Assembly: GCA_045105515.1 (NCBI GenBank)
Contig: JBGCDR010000040.1
Coordinates: 53,014-117,013, forward strand
Direction: 5' to 3'
DNA length: 64,000 bases
DNA from: Oligoflexales bacterium
Lineage (GTDB): Bacteria; Bdellovibrionota_B; Oligoflexia; Oligoflexales; Bog-1112
Shown: positions 1 to 9,632 of the stretch, in pieces
How positions within the stretch are numbered: position 1 is the first letter of the stretch
Layout: every line of letters begins with the position of its first letter
Position numbers and translations under genes: made by a program
The notes under the pieces: generated by a model
Told to the model about the DNA's origin: nothing
The model's input: the letters and a program-made list of their open reading frames with translations, nothing else
Database searches by the model: none

Positions 1-1
1 A

Positions 2-457
2 AGACAGGCTTCGGATCTCCTCAGTTTGTTCAATACACTTTTAAAACACAAGTTTAATCCACAAATATCGCTTCCATTTTTTACTAAAAAACCATTCCAT
101 CTGCCCAAAATGGACCGCTTATACTGGATTAGTGATGGACTAAACGAATTTAAACCAAAAAAGACATTCAAAAATGCCAAGCGTATCTGTTTTATGCATC
201 TGTTGAGCTCACTAGAAGAAAACTTAGATTGGCTAAAAGATGACTGTTGTTATTTTGATCATACCAAAGAAAAAAATGAATTTTTAGGTAAAAACTTAAA
301 AAAGGGCACATCATTTTACCAACAATTAAATAATTGGAAAAAACAATTAAAAGAACTCATCAATAGCGTTAACGGTCAATATATACCATTAACTGAAAAA
401 ACAGCATTAGCAACCTATTACCAGTTTATCGACTCATTGTTTGAAGATAAAAAATAA
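2..457 (+). CDS. C-terminal part of a probable DUF58-family protein (MoxR-associated), 5'-truncated by the window
   Basis: Frame is open from position 2 (RQASDLLSLFNTLL...). It has a WISDG motif and lies directly upstream of BatA/vWA-DUF4159 and vWA/GATase-like genes, the usual MoxR-DUF58-BatA order. Confidence 0.5.
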   Translation, partial: RQASDLLSLFNTLLKHKFNPQISLPFFTKKPFHLPKMDRLYWISDGLNEFKPKKTFKNAKRICFMHLLSSLEENLDWLKDDCCYFDHTKEKNEFLGKNLKKGTSFYQQLNNWKKQLKELINSVNGQYIPLTEKTALATYYQFIDSLFEDKK

Positions 458-469
458 TTAGGTGGATAT

Positions 470-3070
470 GTGATCCAAACTTTTTTTAACTTTGAATTTT
501 CAGCACCAGGTACTTTAGGATTTTTATTGGCTTTGTTGGCTTGTTTTCTCTGGTGGCTGATTCGAATCAGACAACAAAGGATGGAATTTCCTATACTGAG
601 GATCCTAAAACCACGACCATCATACAAACCAAAATTGTCTTTATTCAAACCTCCACTCATACCTTTTTTAAGCTTTATTATCATCGCTGCATCGATCATA
701 ACTTTTTTATTAAAACCAAAAATTATCAGTATTGAGCCCATCGATGCTACAGGCTCGAAAATTCACCTTTTCATAGATATGAGTCCCTCTGTATCGGAAA
801 AAATCTCTCTGGAAGAATACATCCAGGAGATATCTCGGATTTGGCTTCAGCTTATTCAAACCAAGCATATATCGCTGTCAACCAGTCATTCCAATAAAAT
901 TTGGAATGCGGCAGACCAGCAAAGTCTAGAAAGAAAACTATATAGCTTGAATTTTCATCGCGCTGGCGCAAATTTAGGTTCCATCATTTCCAAACAATGG
1001 AAAAAAATTCATGGAGTAGATCGATTTATCGTAATTTCTGATAAAGACGCTCATAGCTGGAAAAATTTCAATTGGAGCTACCTACAAAAAGATACCGATC
1101 TGTGGTTTCATCCCATTAATAGGCCTTATTCAGAAAAAATTAACCTCTATTTTACAAGGGCTAAACACCTTTCTCCTCCAGCTTCTCCAGTGATGGATTG
1201 GGATATCAGCATTGCACGAACAGGTACTAGCGAGGAAGCTAGTGGAGTCTTAGAAGTCAGCCTATCTGATCAAATATTAGCTTCAATACCATGGGCTATG
1301 AACAGTGAGCAAAAAGAACTAACCCTAAGGGTTAGTTGGCCGAGTGCATCCACACCTAATTTCGAAGGTAACCCTCCCCCCCTAGTTTGGAAGATAAAAC
1401 CCAATGAATCAGATTCGATGTTAATAGACAATGAATTCAGAACCTCTCTCAAAGGAATGGAACAAAGCATCATTCTAGTTGCAGAATCAGGAGGAGAGCA
1501 AAGCCTTGAGAGCCCAACTCACGCCCTTCAAGCCTCATTAAAAATTCTTGGAATCATCCCCGAGCGCTTCGAATGGATTGCAAGCAATAAGCAAGAAGCA
1601 GAATCTTACCCTTTGTGGATACTCTTTATTGGTGAAAATGAAGATATATCACCATATTGCCCAAAGTCACTTATGAACCATCGGCTCGAGCCCAAAGTAT
1701 CCTCAAAATCAATTGGCACCTGGCTCATACCATATATTTCAAATAAAAAAAGCTTTCAAAACATTTGTTGGTGCTACCATAAGCTCCAAGTAGCTCCGTA
1801 TTCAGGAAGTCCTATGCCTACTTTTTGCAAGGAGGTATACGATCGCAAGAGCTTAGCAGTAGTACTCAAATCCATCGGCGCAAAGCAATTGGGAGGACAA
1901 GTTGGAAGTGAGTTTAGTGCGTTGGCTTGGATTGGGAGTGATGAAAAATCCCATCTTTCAACTCTAGCATTTACAATTCCCATCAGGCCAAGTAGGACTT
2001 TTGGTATCACTCATAGCCAACTTCCCATTATCGTCAAAGGACTGTTGGCCCAATCTGGTTTTTTTGCGGATGGTAGTGAACACTTAAGGGAAGTTTGGCC
2101 CCGGATCAATGACAATACCAAGAATAGAGTTTGGTTAGATAGCACTTCTGAGCAAAGCGAAGTTTTAAAATTTAAACTTTCCAATATACCTGCTGGGGAA
2201 AGCTTATCAAAAGAAATCGGCAACAAATACCTACCCCCACATTGGGAAAACTCCCGAGAGTTAAGTAAATCTATCCCTAACCAAAAAAAGATTCAAGAAA
2301 ACCCTCTCCCTTGGATTTTTTCTCTTTTGGGCTTAATCATTTTTGCAAGTATTGCCGAATTAGCTTGGCATATTTTAAAACGTCGCAGTTTGAGTACATC
2401 TTCATTGATTCTTATAAGCGCTCTACTTCTTCAAGAACAATCAACCCATGCACAGATCAATCTAGCAATTATTGCAAGCGACAATTCAAGGGGTGTTTCG
2501 GGACTAGAGCTTGAAGTATCTAGTCGCACCAGCCTAAAAATATCTAAAGATCTGGTACAATTTTCTAGCTTCGATGAGAAGCTGCTTGAAGAACCCTGGC
2601 TCTGGGCTGGATCGATAAATTCGGTTAAAAACCTATCAGGAAATCTAGATGAGAAAATTGGTCAATGGGTCCGCAGGGGTGGCATCTTGATTATCCAGAA
2701 TAGTAGTACGACCGAGGAGCTGGAAAAACTCACCGAAAAAGGGTTTGGCTACCAAAAGATTCCAGCACTTTGGCGCCCTATTCCCCCTGATCATGAATTA
2801 ATGCGAAGTTTTTATCTACTTGATGCTCTTCCCACCTGCAATGGAAATTTATGGCACGGCTTCATGTTTGATAACCGTTTAGCAATCCTTGCAATCCCTT
2901 ATAAATTTCTTCCTTCTCTACTTGACTCAAGGTCTAAAACCAAGTGTTCAGAACCTCCAACCAGAGAACGAAATTTACGCATTTTTATCAATACGCTTAT
3001 GGTAGCTTTGACGACTGATTACAAAAAAGATCAGATTCATATGAGAGAAATATTAAAACGCCTTCAATAA
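470..3070 (+). CDS. BatA N-terminal / vWA / DUF4159 fusion membrane protein
   Basis: N-terminal double TM with 'EFPILRIL' (BatA-like); MIDAS-like FIDMSPS; C-terminal 'PPDHELMRSFYLL...ALTTDYKKDQIH' typical of DUF4159. Confidence 0.75.
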   Translation: MIQTFFNFEFSAPGTLGFLLALLACFLWWLIRIRQQRMEFPILRILKPRPSYKPKLSLFKPPLIPFLSFIIIAASIITFLLKPKIISIEPIDATGSKIHLFIDMSPSVSEKISLEEYIQEISRIWLQLIQTKHISLSTSHSNKIWNAADQQSLERKLYSLNFHRAGANLGSIISKQWKKIHGVDRFIVISDKDAHSWKNFNWSYLQKDTDLWFHPINRPYSEKINLYFTRAKHLSPPASPVMDWDISIARTGTSEEASGVLEVSLSDQILASIPWAMNSEQKELTLRVSWPSASTPNFEGNPPPLVWKIKPNESDSMLIDNEFRTSLKGMEQSIILVAESGGEQSLESPTHALQASLKILGIIPERFEWIASNKQEAESYPLWILFIGENEDISPYCPKSLMNHRLEPKVSSKSIGTWLIPYISNKKSFQNICWCYHKLQVAPYSGSPMPTFCKEVYDRKSLAVVLKSIGAKQLGGQVGSEFSALAWIGSDEKSHLSTLAFTIPIRPSRTFGITHSQLPIIVKGLLAQSGFFADGSEHLREVWPRINDNTKNRVWLDSTSEQSEVLKFKLSNIPAGESLSKEIGNKYLPPHWENSRELSKSIPNQKKIQENPLPWIFSLLGLIIFASIAELAWHILKRRSLSTSSLILISALLLQEQSTHAQINLAIIASDNSRGVSGLELEVSSRTSLKISKDLVQFSSFDEKLLEEPWLWAGSINSVKNLSGNLDEKIGQWVRRGGILIIQNSSTTEELEKLTEKGFGYQKIPALWRPIPPDHELMRSFYLLDALPTCNGNLWHGFMFDNRLAILAIPYKFLPSLLDSRSKTKCSEPPTRERNLRIFINTLMVALTTDYKKDQIHMREILKRLQ

Positions 3071-3080
3071 GGGAATCAAT

Positions 3081-5390
3081 ATGCCCTACACGTTCTTTGC
3101 CTCTCTTTCACTTATTTCATTCATATGCCTGCTCTTAGCACTTTTGTGGTCTAAGCAGCTTGGCATCATCCGCGCATGCCTCTCAGCTTCTTGTAGGTTT
3201 GCCTGGATATTCCCCATATTATTTGCACTGTTTCCCAAGACTACGACTGAAGAACTTCCGAGAAGTTTAAGCTCCCAACAGATTCATGTCCTTCTCGATG
3301 ATTCCGACAGTATGCAAAAATGGTCTGGCTTACAATCCCCTTTTTCGAATGCCATGGAGAATATTAAAAATGTCAAACAAGAGTGCTTAAGATTAGGGTG
3401 TGAAGTCAAAATCTACAAACTGTCTGAATTGAATCCTATGACACTCGAAGGGTATACTCCCTTGAGCTCAAGCATAAATCAGTGGCTAAGTCAGACTAAC
3501 GAAGATCCTTGGATTTTACTTTCAGATGGTGGAGACTTTCAGCCAAGCATCCCTTGGAATCAAAACGTAAAAGATCTTGGTCTTTCAAGCGATAATCCAC
3601 AGAAAAAGCGTGGAGTAATCTTAAGTTTTTCGAATCAAAATAAAGCAAATATTTGGATCGATACGGTCGATTTACCTCCTTTTGCCTTCGAAAGCAAGCC
3701 AGTATTCAGTGAAATTATCTTACGAAGAACGGAAAGCACAAGCAATGCAGAACGGCTCCAAGTACAAGTAATTTTGAACGATCAGATCCTAGCAAGTGAT
3801 AACGCTACTTTCGCAAATGGACTATCCGAAGCACGGGTTAGCTTGCCTATCCCTTCACTTCCAAGAGGGAAGCATCTCATAAGTTTCAAAATCTTGCCCA
3901 GCGCAAAGGAAGAGATTTTTTGGGACAATGAGGCACATACTCATATTGAGGTTATGCCAAATACAGTCGGAGTACTACATTTACTAGGAAGCCCTAGCTG
4001 GGATGGAAGGTTCTTGAGACGTTTTCTAAAATCCGAACCTAAATATGATCTAATTAGCTTCTATATCCTCAGAGACCCCTGGGATACGCAAGGTTCCAAC
4101 GAAAGAGAGCTTAGTTTGATTCCTTTTCCTGTAAACCGGTTATTTAACGAGGAATTACCAAACTTTCGAGTTATCATTCTCCAAAATTTTACTCTTCTAC
4201 AATTTCTGTTGCCTCAGTACCAAAAAAATCTCGTCAAGTTTGTAAAAGATGGTGGGGGATTACTTTTCTTAGGAGGTCACAGAGCATTGCTTGACGCTGA
4301 CATGAGAAACTCTCCACTCAAAGAAATATTACCTTTTACTCTTTCAACAAAAACCAAAGGAAAAAATAGATTTTTTTCTCCTGTTTTAAATGATATGAGC
4401 CCAGATAGAGTCGATAAAAATGGCCCTTGGTATGACTCAAAACTCGCATTCAACATCTCCTTAGCAAAACCTGACTGGGAAAAACGTGCGCTGGCTAATG
4501 TATACGATGATTGGGAGGCTCTCAAAAGCCCCATAACAAAGTTAAAGGGAATGCATGGCCTACATCACATGGAAAACGTAAAGTTCAAAGAAAACGCATA
4601 TACACCTCTTCTTTATGCTGAAAGTGCTGATGGAGTTCGAAGGCCATTAGCAATAGCCTCATATCCTGGCAAAGGCCGAGCTATATGGATTTTTTCTGAT
4701 TCAATGTGGAAGCTGGCACTCAAACCAAGCCATGACATCTCCCGTGAGATTTACAACGACTTTTTACAATCAGCAATGACTTGGCTTCTACGCCAAGACC
4801 TGAAAAAACCACTGATGATCAATCATTTCAAGCTCAGCCGAACAAAGGACCAACTAGTACGTTGGAATGCGATATTAGAGGGGCCAGTGGTAAGTTACTT
4901 CGACTCGGCATCAAATTGGAGTTTAAATATTTGTGGAAGACAAATGCCTTTTACCCGGATTGATTCTGAACGCTTAGGCAACCAACACATCAAGATATCT
5001 GGTACATTAGACCTCATTATGAGTGGGGGTGAGAGATGCCCATTTTCGATCCAAGGAATCCATCCTGCATTTGGTTCAGTCCGGGCATCTACTGCAGCTG
5101 TATTCCCTTCGGTTTTCAAAGACCATGAAATTGTATCCGCTCCCAACAAACTGGAACAGCTTGCATCTTTAACCCAAGCTGAGTTTATCGATAATCGTAA
5201 ACAACCCACTCAAGCTATTTACAAGTGGCTCGACCAAATCAATTCCCAGGAAGGTATTTCGTTGCCTCAACGATTTCGCTCTAAATTGGACTACTACTGG
5301 TTTATAGACACTTATTGGATATTTTTATTCATAGTTTTTTTACCTCTTGAGATCTTAATCAGGCGTTGGCATCACCTTGTTTCTTCCTGA
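3081..5390 (+). CDS. vWA / glutamine-amidotransferase-like membrane protein of MoxR clusters
   Basis: LLDDSDSM, LLSDGGD, 'PSWDGRFLRRFLKSEPKYDLISFYILR...ELSLIPFP', C-terminal TM ending 'EILIRR'. Confidence 0.7.
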   Translation: MPYTFFASLSLISFICLLLALLWSKQLGIIRACLSASCRFAWIFPILFALFPKTTTEELPRSLSSQQIHVLLDDSDSMQKWSGLQSPFSNAMENIKNVKQECLRLGCEVKIYKLSELNPMTLEGYTPLSSSINQWLSQTNEDPWILLSDGGDFQPSIPWNQNVKDLGLSSDNPQKKRGVILSFSNQNKANIWIDTVDLPPFAFESKPVFSEIILRRTESTSNAERLQVQVILNDQILASDNATFANGLSEARVSLPIPSLPRGKHLISFKILPSAKEEIFWDNEAHTHIEVMPNTVGVLHLLGSPSWDGRFLRRFLKSEPKYDLISFYILRDPWDTQGSNERELSLIPFPVNRLFNEELPNFRVIILQNFTLLQFLLPQYQKNLVKFVKDGGGLLFLGGHRALLDADMRNSPLKEILPFTLSTKTKGKNRFFSPVLNDMSPDRVDKNGPWYDSKLAFNISLAKPDWEKRALANVYDDWEALKSPITKLKGMHGLHHMENVKFKENAYTPLLYAESADGVRRPLAIASYPGKGRAIWIFSDSMWKLALKPSHDISREIYNDFLQSAMTWLLRQDLKKPLMINHFKLSRTKDQLVRWNAILEGPVVSYFDSASNWSLNICGRQMPFTRIDSERLGNQHIKISGTLDLIMSGGERCPFSIQGIHPAFGSVRASTAAVFPSVFKDHEIVSAPNKLEQLASLTQAEFIDNRKQPTQAIYKWLDQINSQEGISLPQRFRSKLDYYWFIDTYWIFLFIVFLPLEILIRRWHHLVSS

Positions 5391-5655
5391 CTAAGGGTAT
5401 GGCTGATCGATTAAGAATGCCTTCCAAATAAGCAGCTTATTTATCGATGTGAAGATCGAATAAATTAAACCACTTTGAGAAATAAACTCTTCTAAGATGG
5501 GAGCTTCAGAGACTCCTCAAAAAAAACTGCAGAATAATTCCTAGCTATTTTCTTCAATTATTCCTCAATTTCCTTTGCGTACAACAGATTTACCTCTTAA
5601 GCTGCTATAAAGCCTAACAAAGTCACTTAAATTGTTAGCTTCGCAAAGGATAGTT

Positions 5656-6897
5656 ATGGATCTTAACAATACTAAAAAATCAAAATCGAAGTTGAGAAGA
5701 CGCTCACTATTAAAACACTCATTGTTGCTGTCTTCAGGCATCATATCCCAGAAAATTTTTGCCAAACAAAACCTTGTGGCGTCAGACCGAATCATAGGAA
5801 AACCCTCAGAAGATCAAGCTTATGGGAAAGTTGCAGATTCTAGCCTGTTTAGAAGTCTTTTACCTGGTGATAATTTTAATGCAAGATCAGTTAGTCCACT
5901 TTCCCAACTAATAGGTGCAATAACACCTTCAGGACTTCATTTTGAACGGCATCATTCTGGTATACCTCAGATCGAGGCAAAAGAACATAAGCTACTTATC
6001 CAGGGCAAAAGTGGACAAAATAAACTCCTAAACATGAACGAAATAAGACGTTACCCACAAAGAACCATACCAGCTTTTATTGAATGCTCTGGTAATAGCA
6101 GTGATAATTGGAAAAACCAAGCTCAAGAGGAAACAGTGGATGTACTTCATGGTATGACATCGCAATCATTTTGGACAGGCGTTCCCATGTCATACCTCTT
6201 GGAGGCAATCAATGCTCCTAGAGAACAGGCTTGGATTATTGCTGAAGGAAAAGATGCCGCATCCCTAGCGAGGAGCATTCCAATCGAGAAGTGCTGGAAA
6301 GATGGCTTGATAGCCTATGGTCAAAATGGTGAGCCTACTCGCGCAGAACAAGGTTACCCTTTACGTTTGATTCTACCGGGATGGGAGGGCAATTGCCAAA
6401 TAAAGTGGTTATCTCGTCTTGAGCTAAGTGACAGGCCCGCCTATAGCTATCAGGAAACCGCAAAATATAGTGATCTTTATAAGGACGGTAAGGCTCGTTT
6501 ATTCACTTTTGCAATGGGAACAAAATCTGTCATTACTTTCCCTTCAGGAAAAATGCAACTACCAGATAAAGGATTCTATGAAATCCAAGGACTAGCCTGG
6601 TCAGGCCTGGGTTCCATAAAATATGTGGAAATTTCGACTGATGCTGGCTTAACTTGGTTGAAAGCAAGCTTAGAAGGGCCTGTGCTTCCCCATTCTCACA
6701 CTCGCTTCTTTTTTCCATGGCAATGGGATGGCAAAGAAACCACGATTTTAAGTCGAGCTGTAGACTCAAGCGGGTCTAGGCAACCTAGCCGAAATGAGTT
6801 AATAAGCAAGCTAGGGGATAAGCCTTATTATCACTGCAACTGCACCCAAGCATGGAAAATTAAAACTTCTGGAGACGTGGAGAACACCTATGTATAA
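5656..6897 (+). CDS. soxC: Sulfite dehydrogenase molybdoprotein (SoxC/SorA family), Tat-exported
   Basis: Twin-arginine RRRSLLK; ITPSGLHFERHH; Mo-ligating IECSGN; EQGYPLRL..PGWEGN..IKWL. ATG at 5656 follows an AAGGA RBS. Confidence 0.9.
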   Translation: MDLNNTKKSKSKLRRRSLLKHSLLLSSGIISQKIFAKQNLVASDRIIGKPSEDQAYGKVADSSLFRSLLPGDNFNARSVSPLSQLIGAITPSGLHFERHHSGIPQIEAKEHKLLIQGKSGQNKLLNMNEIRRYPQRTIPAFIECSGNSSDNWKNQAQEETVDVLHGMTSQSFWTGVPMSYLLEAINAPREQAWIIAEGKDAASLARSIPIEKCWKDGLIAYGQNGEPTRAEQGYPLRLILPGWEGNCQIKWLSRLELSDRPAYSYQETAKYSDLYKDGKARLFTFAMGTKSVITFPSGKMQLPDKGFYEIQGLAWSGLGSIKYVEISTDAGLTWLKASLEGPVLPHSHTRFFFPWQWDGKETTILSRAVDSSGSRQPSRNELISKLGDKPYYHCNCTQAWKIKTSGDVENTYV

Positions 6898-7444
6898 AGC
6901 TGTATTGGCTATGTTGTTCATTACGAATAAGTTACTAGCCGTAACACAAGCCTATACTGGACCTATTGAATTTGGTAGACCTGCAACCCTTGAAGAGCTC
7001 AGCACCTATCCTCGCACACATTTTCCGGATGGCGAGAATCTACCGGCAGGCCAAGGCAACTATGCCGAAGGCAAGCAACTCTACCAAATTCACTGCGTAT
7101 CTTGCCATGGCCCACAAATGAAGGGAAAAGCCGCATTTAATGCTCCCAGGCTCATTGGAGGGAGGGGAAGTTTAAAAGGCGGGGACAAACCCATAAAAAC
7201 TGTAGAAAGCTTTTGGCCTCATGCAGTTAGCCTTTATGACTATATAAGCCGGGCAATGCCTTTCCTAACTCCCAAAATATTAACTGCTAACGAAGTTTAC
7301 GCGTTATGTGCCTATATCCTAGCCGAAGCACATATTATTCCAAAGACGACACTAATGGATGAAACCAGCTTGCCTAAGGTTGCAATGCCTAACAAAGATG
7401 GTTTTATAGATCCCTATACTAAGCAAAGAAAGACTTCCATCTAA
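6890..7444 (+). CDS. Monoheme cytochrome c (SoxD/SorB-like)
   Basis: Signal peptide, single CVSCH, 'GRPAT..E', 'LPAGQG', 'KTVESFWP..LYDYISRAMP'; overlaps the soxC stop. Confidence 0.85.
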   Translation: MYKAVLAMLFITNKLLAVTQAYTGPIEFGRPATLEELSTYPRTHFPDGENLPAGQGNYAEGKQLYQIHCVSCHGPQMKGKAAFNAPRLIGGRGSLKGGDKPIKTVESFWPHAVSLYDYISRAMPFLTPKILTANEVYALCAYILAEAHIIPKTTLMDETSLPKVAMPNKDGFIDPYTKQRKTSI

Positions 7445-7456
7445 GCTTTCCTTAAT

Positions 7457-8488
7457 TTAAATATACCCAGGTCGAGCAGCTAGCTTTTTTTCCCATGCTA
7501 GAGACGACTCTATGATTTTTTTGAGATCTGCAAAATGCGGCGACCAGTCCAAAAGGCCCTGGATTTTTTCTGCTTTAGCTACCAACTTCGCTACATCACC
7601 AGGTCTACATTCTCCTACTTTTTTATTCAGTGAATGGCCTATAATTTCCTCGACTGCAGCTATAACCTCGTGCACGGAATAACCACAATTGTAACCACAA
7701 TTAATAGCCATGCTGTCACCACCCTTTTCAAGGTATTCTAAAGCTGCTAGATGGGCTCTAGCGAGATCTACAACGTGCACATAGTCACGCACACAGCTTC
7801 CATCTGGAGTACTGTAATCCTCCCCGTAAATGGTAATCTGCTTCCGTTTCCCAGTTGCAACTTCGCAGGCTATTTTGATCAGGTGAGTTGAAACTTTAGA
7901 GCTTTGCCCAATCCTTAAATCAGGATCTGCTCCCGCAACATTAAAGTAACGAATTGCAGCGTAGCTCAATGGGTTTACTACAGCTAGATCACTAAGCATC
8001 CACTCATCAATGAGCTTAGATTTACCATAAGGGTGGATAGGTCTTGTGATCCCACTCTCATCAATAGCTTCCTCATGGTCATCGCCGTAAACTGCCGCAC
8101 TAGAAGATAATATAAAATGCTTTAATTGCATTTCTTTAGCAGATTCTAGCAAAGCGAGAGTATTTGCTACGTTATTATGATAGTACTCAAGCGGCAAATT
8201 GATGGATTCTGGTACAACAATAGAGCCTGCAAAATGAAGAACAGAGTCAATTTGATACTTTTCCATTACCTGAGTCATCAAGCTCCGATCTCCACAATTT
8301 CCTTCTATCAGAATCTCCTGGTGTAAGAGTGCATCTTTGTGACCGGTAGAGAGATCATCAACTACAATGACCTGATATCCTGACTCACTCAATTGGCAGC
8401 AAACATGACTGCCAATATATCCACAACCACCTGTAACTAATACGGATTTACTTTTTTGCTGCATCTTAATTCCCAAAGATTCATTCAA
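7457..8488 (-). CDS. galE: UDP-glucose 4-epimerase
   Basis: VTGGCGYIGSH, HFAGSIVVPES, YGKSK (YxxxK), RYFNVAGAD, DGSCVRDYVHV. Start is TTG 8488 (GGGAGG RBS) or ATG 8464. Confidence 0.92.
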   Translation of the reverse strand: MNESLGIKMQQKSKSVLVTGGCGYIGSHVCCQLSESGYQVIVVDDLSTGHKDALLHQEILIEGNCGDRSLMTQVMEKYQIDSVLHFAGSIVVPESINLPLEYYHNNVANTLALLESAKEMQLKHFILSSSAAVYGDDHEEAIDESGITRPIHPYGKSKLIDEWMLSDLAVVNPLSYAAIRYFNVAGADPDLRIGQSSKVSTHLIKIACEVATGKRKQITIYGEDYSTPDGSCVRDYVHVVDLARAHLAALEYLEKGGDSMAINCGYNCGYSVHEVIAAVEEIIGHSLNKKVGECRPGDVAKLVAKAEKIQGLLDWSPHFADLKKIIESSLAWEKKLAARPGYI

Positions 8489-8635
8489 GCTTGTACCCTC
8501 CCATCTTTTATAGGCTCTAATAGAGATCTTTCCAATTAAAATTAAAGCTTAGCGAGCATGCAAGAATTCTTATATCTTTCACGGCCGCAGACTAAGACCA
8601 TAAGTATTTGTAATATAGAATATAAATGCATTAAT

Positions 8636-8662
8636 TTAAGAATAAAACTAAAAAGCCGATAT
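8636..8662 (+). promoter_or_regulatory. Putative sigma28/FliA-type promoter (TTAAG-N14-GCCGATAT)
   Basis: Close match to TAAAG-N14/15-GCCGATAA, upstream of the lipoprotein gene at 8806. Confidence 0.5.
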
Positions 8663-8805
8663 TATTTACTGAAGCAATTCTAAGGCCTGATTTCGCTTAA
8701 AATTGCCGTGTATTAGGGTTAAAGCCCAATGGTGCGGACAGGCTTGCATGTATTATCCTGGGAGCAAAGGTGGATCAAATTTTCCATCTTGAAAGTTAGA
8801 GACTT

Positions 8806-9471
8806 ATGGACGTGAAAATTTTTCATTTGATGTTATTTATGTTGCTAAGCGTGAGCTGTGCTGACGATCCCTTAGGTTCTTCAACTAACAAGAAAGAATC
8901 GACAGAACAGCAGGAAACCCAAGGTGTTAACAGGCCTATTAGCGAAAATGCAACTCCAGTTGATGCAGTCAAACCGCTAGAGTCTGGGGAAACATGGTCT
9001 CTTCTAACCGAAGAAGACATATTTACTAGCAAACAAGACATCACTATTTACCGAACAACGGATACCGATGATGAACTTTGCGTATTGAGCCCTGGCCTTC
9101 AATTTATCATCCTATCGAAAGCAAATACATACCTTAAAATTCGTCTTGATCGAATTGCACAAGATGAGAATTGTCCATTGGAGGAACAGTCTGTAGGGTT
9201 TATTAAGACCGAAGACTCAGAAACAAACTCCGAAACTGAGTTTGAAAGCTCTGAGCTTGAGCCCCATAGGCTAACTTATGATCTTAAGATTTATCGTAGC
9301 AACGATAAAACTGATCAAGCACTTTGCACTGTAGCAAAAGGTAACGCTGTATTAATTAACCCAAGCAATACAAGCATCCAGGTACCATATAGCAAGCAGT
9401 GTGACCCAGACTTTAACCTCGGCTACTACCGATATGTTCCTGGCATCTGGTGGGAAGATCAGCCTAGGTAG
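8806..9471 (+). CDS. Hypothetical lipoprotein with two internal repeats (possibly SH3b-like)
   Basis: Lipobox SVSC; repeats DITIYRTTDTDDELCVLSPG and DLKIYRSNDKTDQALCTVAKG. Confidence 0.6.
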   Translation: MDVKIFHLMLFMLLSVSCADDPLGSSTNKKESTEQQETQGVNRPISENATPVDAVKPLESGETWSLLTEEDIFTSKQDITIYRTTDTDDELCVLSPGLQFIILSKANTYLKIRLDRIAQDENCPLEEQSVGFIKTEDSETNSETEFESSELEPHRLTYDLKIYRSNDKTDQALCTVAKGNAVLINPSNTSIQVPYSKQCDPDFNLGYYRYVPGIWWEDQPR

Positions 9472-9632
9472 TGACAATTCCCCTCAAGAGATAAGTTCAA
9501 AATATTTCTAACACTGCAAAAATAAAGCCACCTGATAGCAAAGCCTTGCATTCATAGGTAGGATTCATTAGAAAGGTATGCTGGTTCTAAACACAGCAAG
9601 CAATTAAAAGTATCCAGGAAAATAAAAAAATT

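Noticed and set aside
470..5390. BatA-DUF4159 fusion cluster as a novel system
   Set aside because: This is a known, widespread MoxR-associated arrangement.
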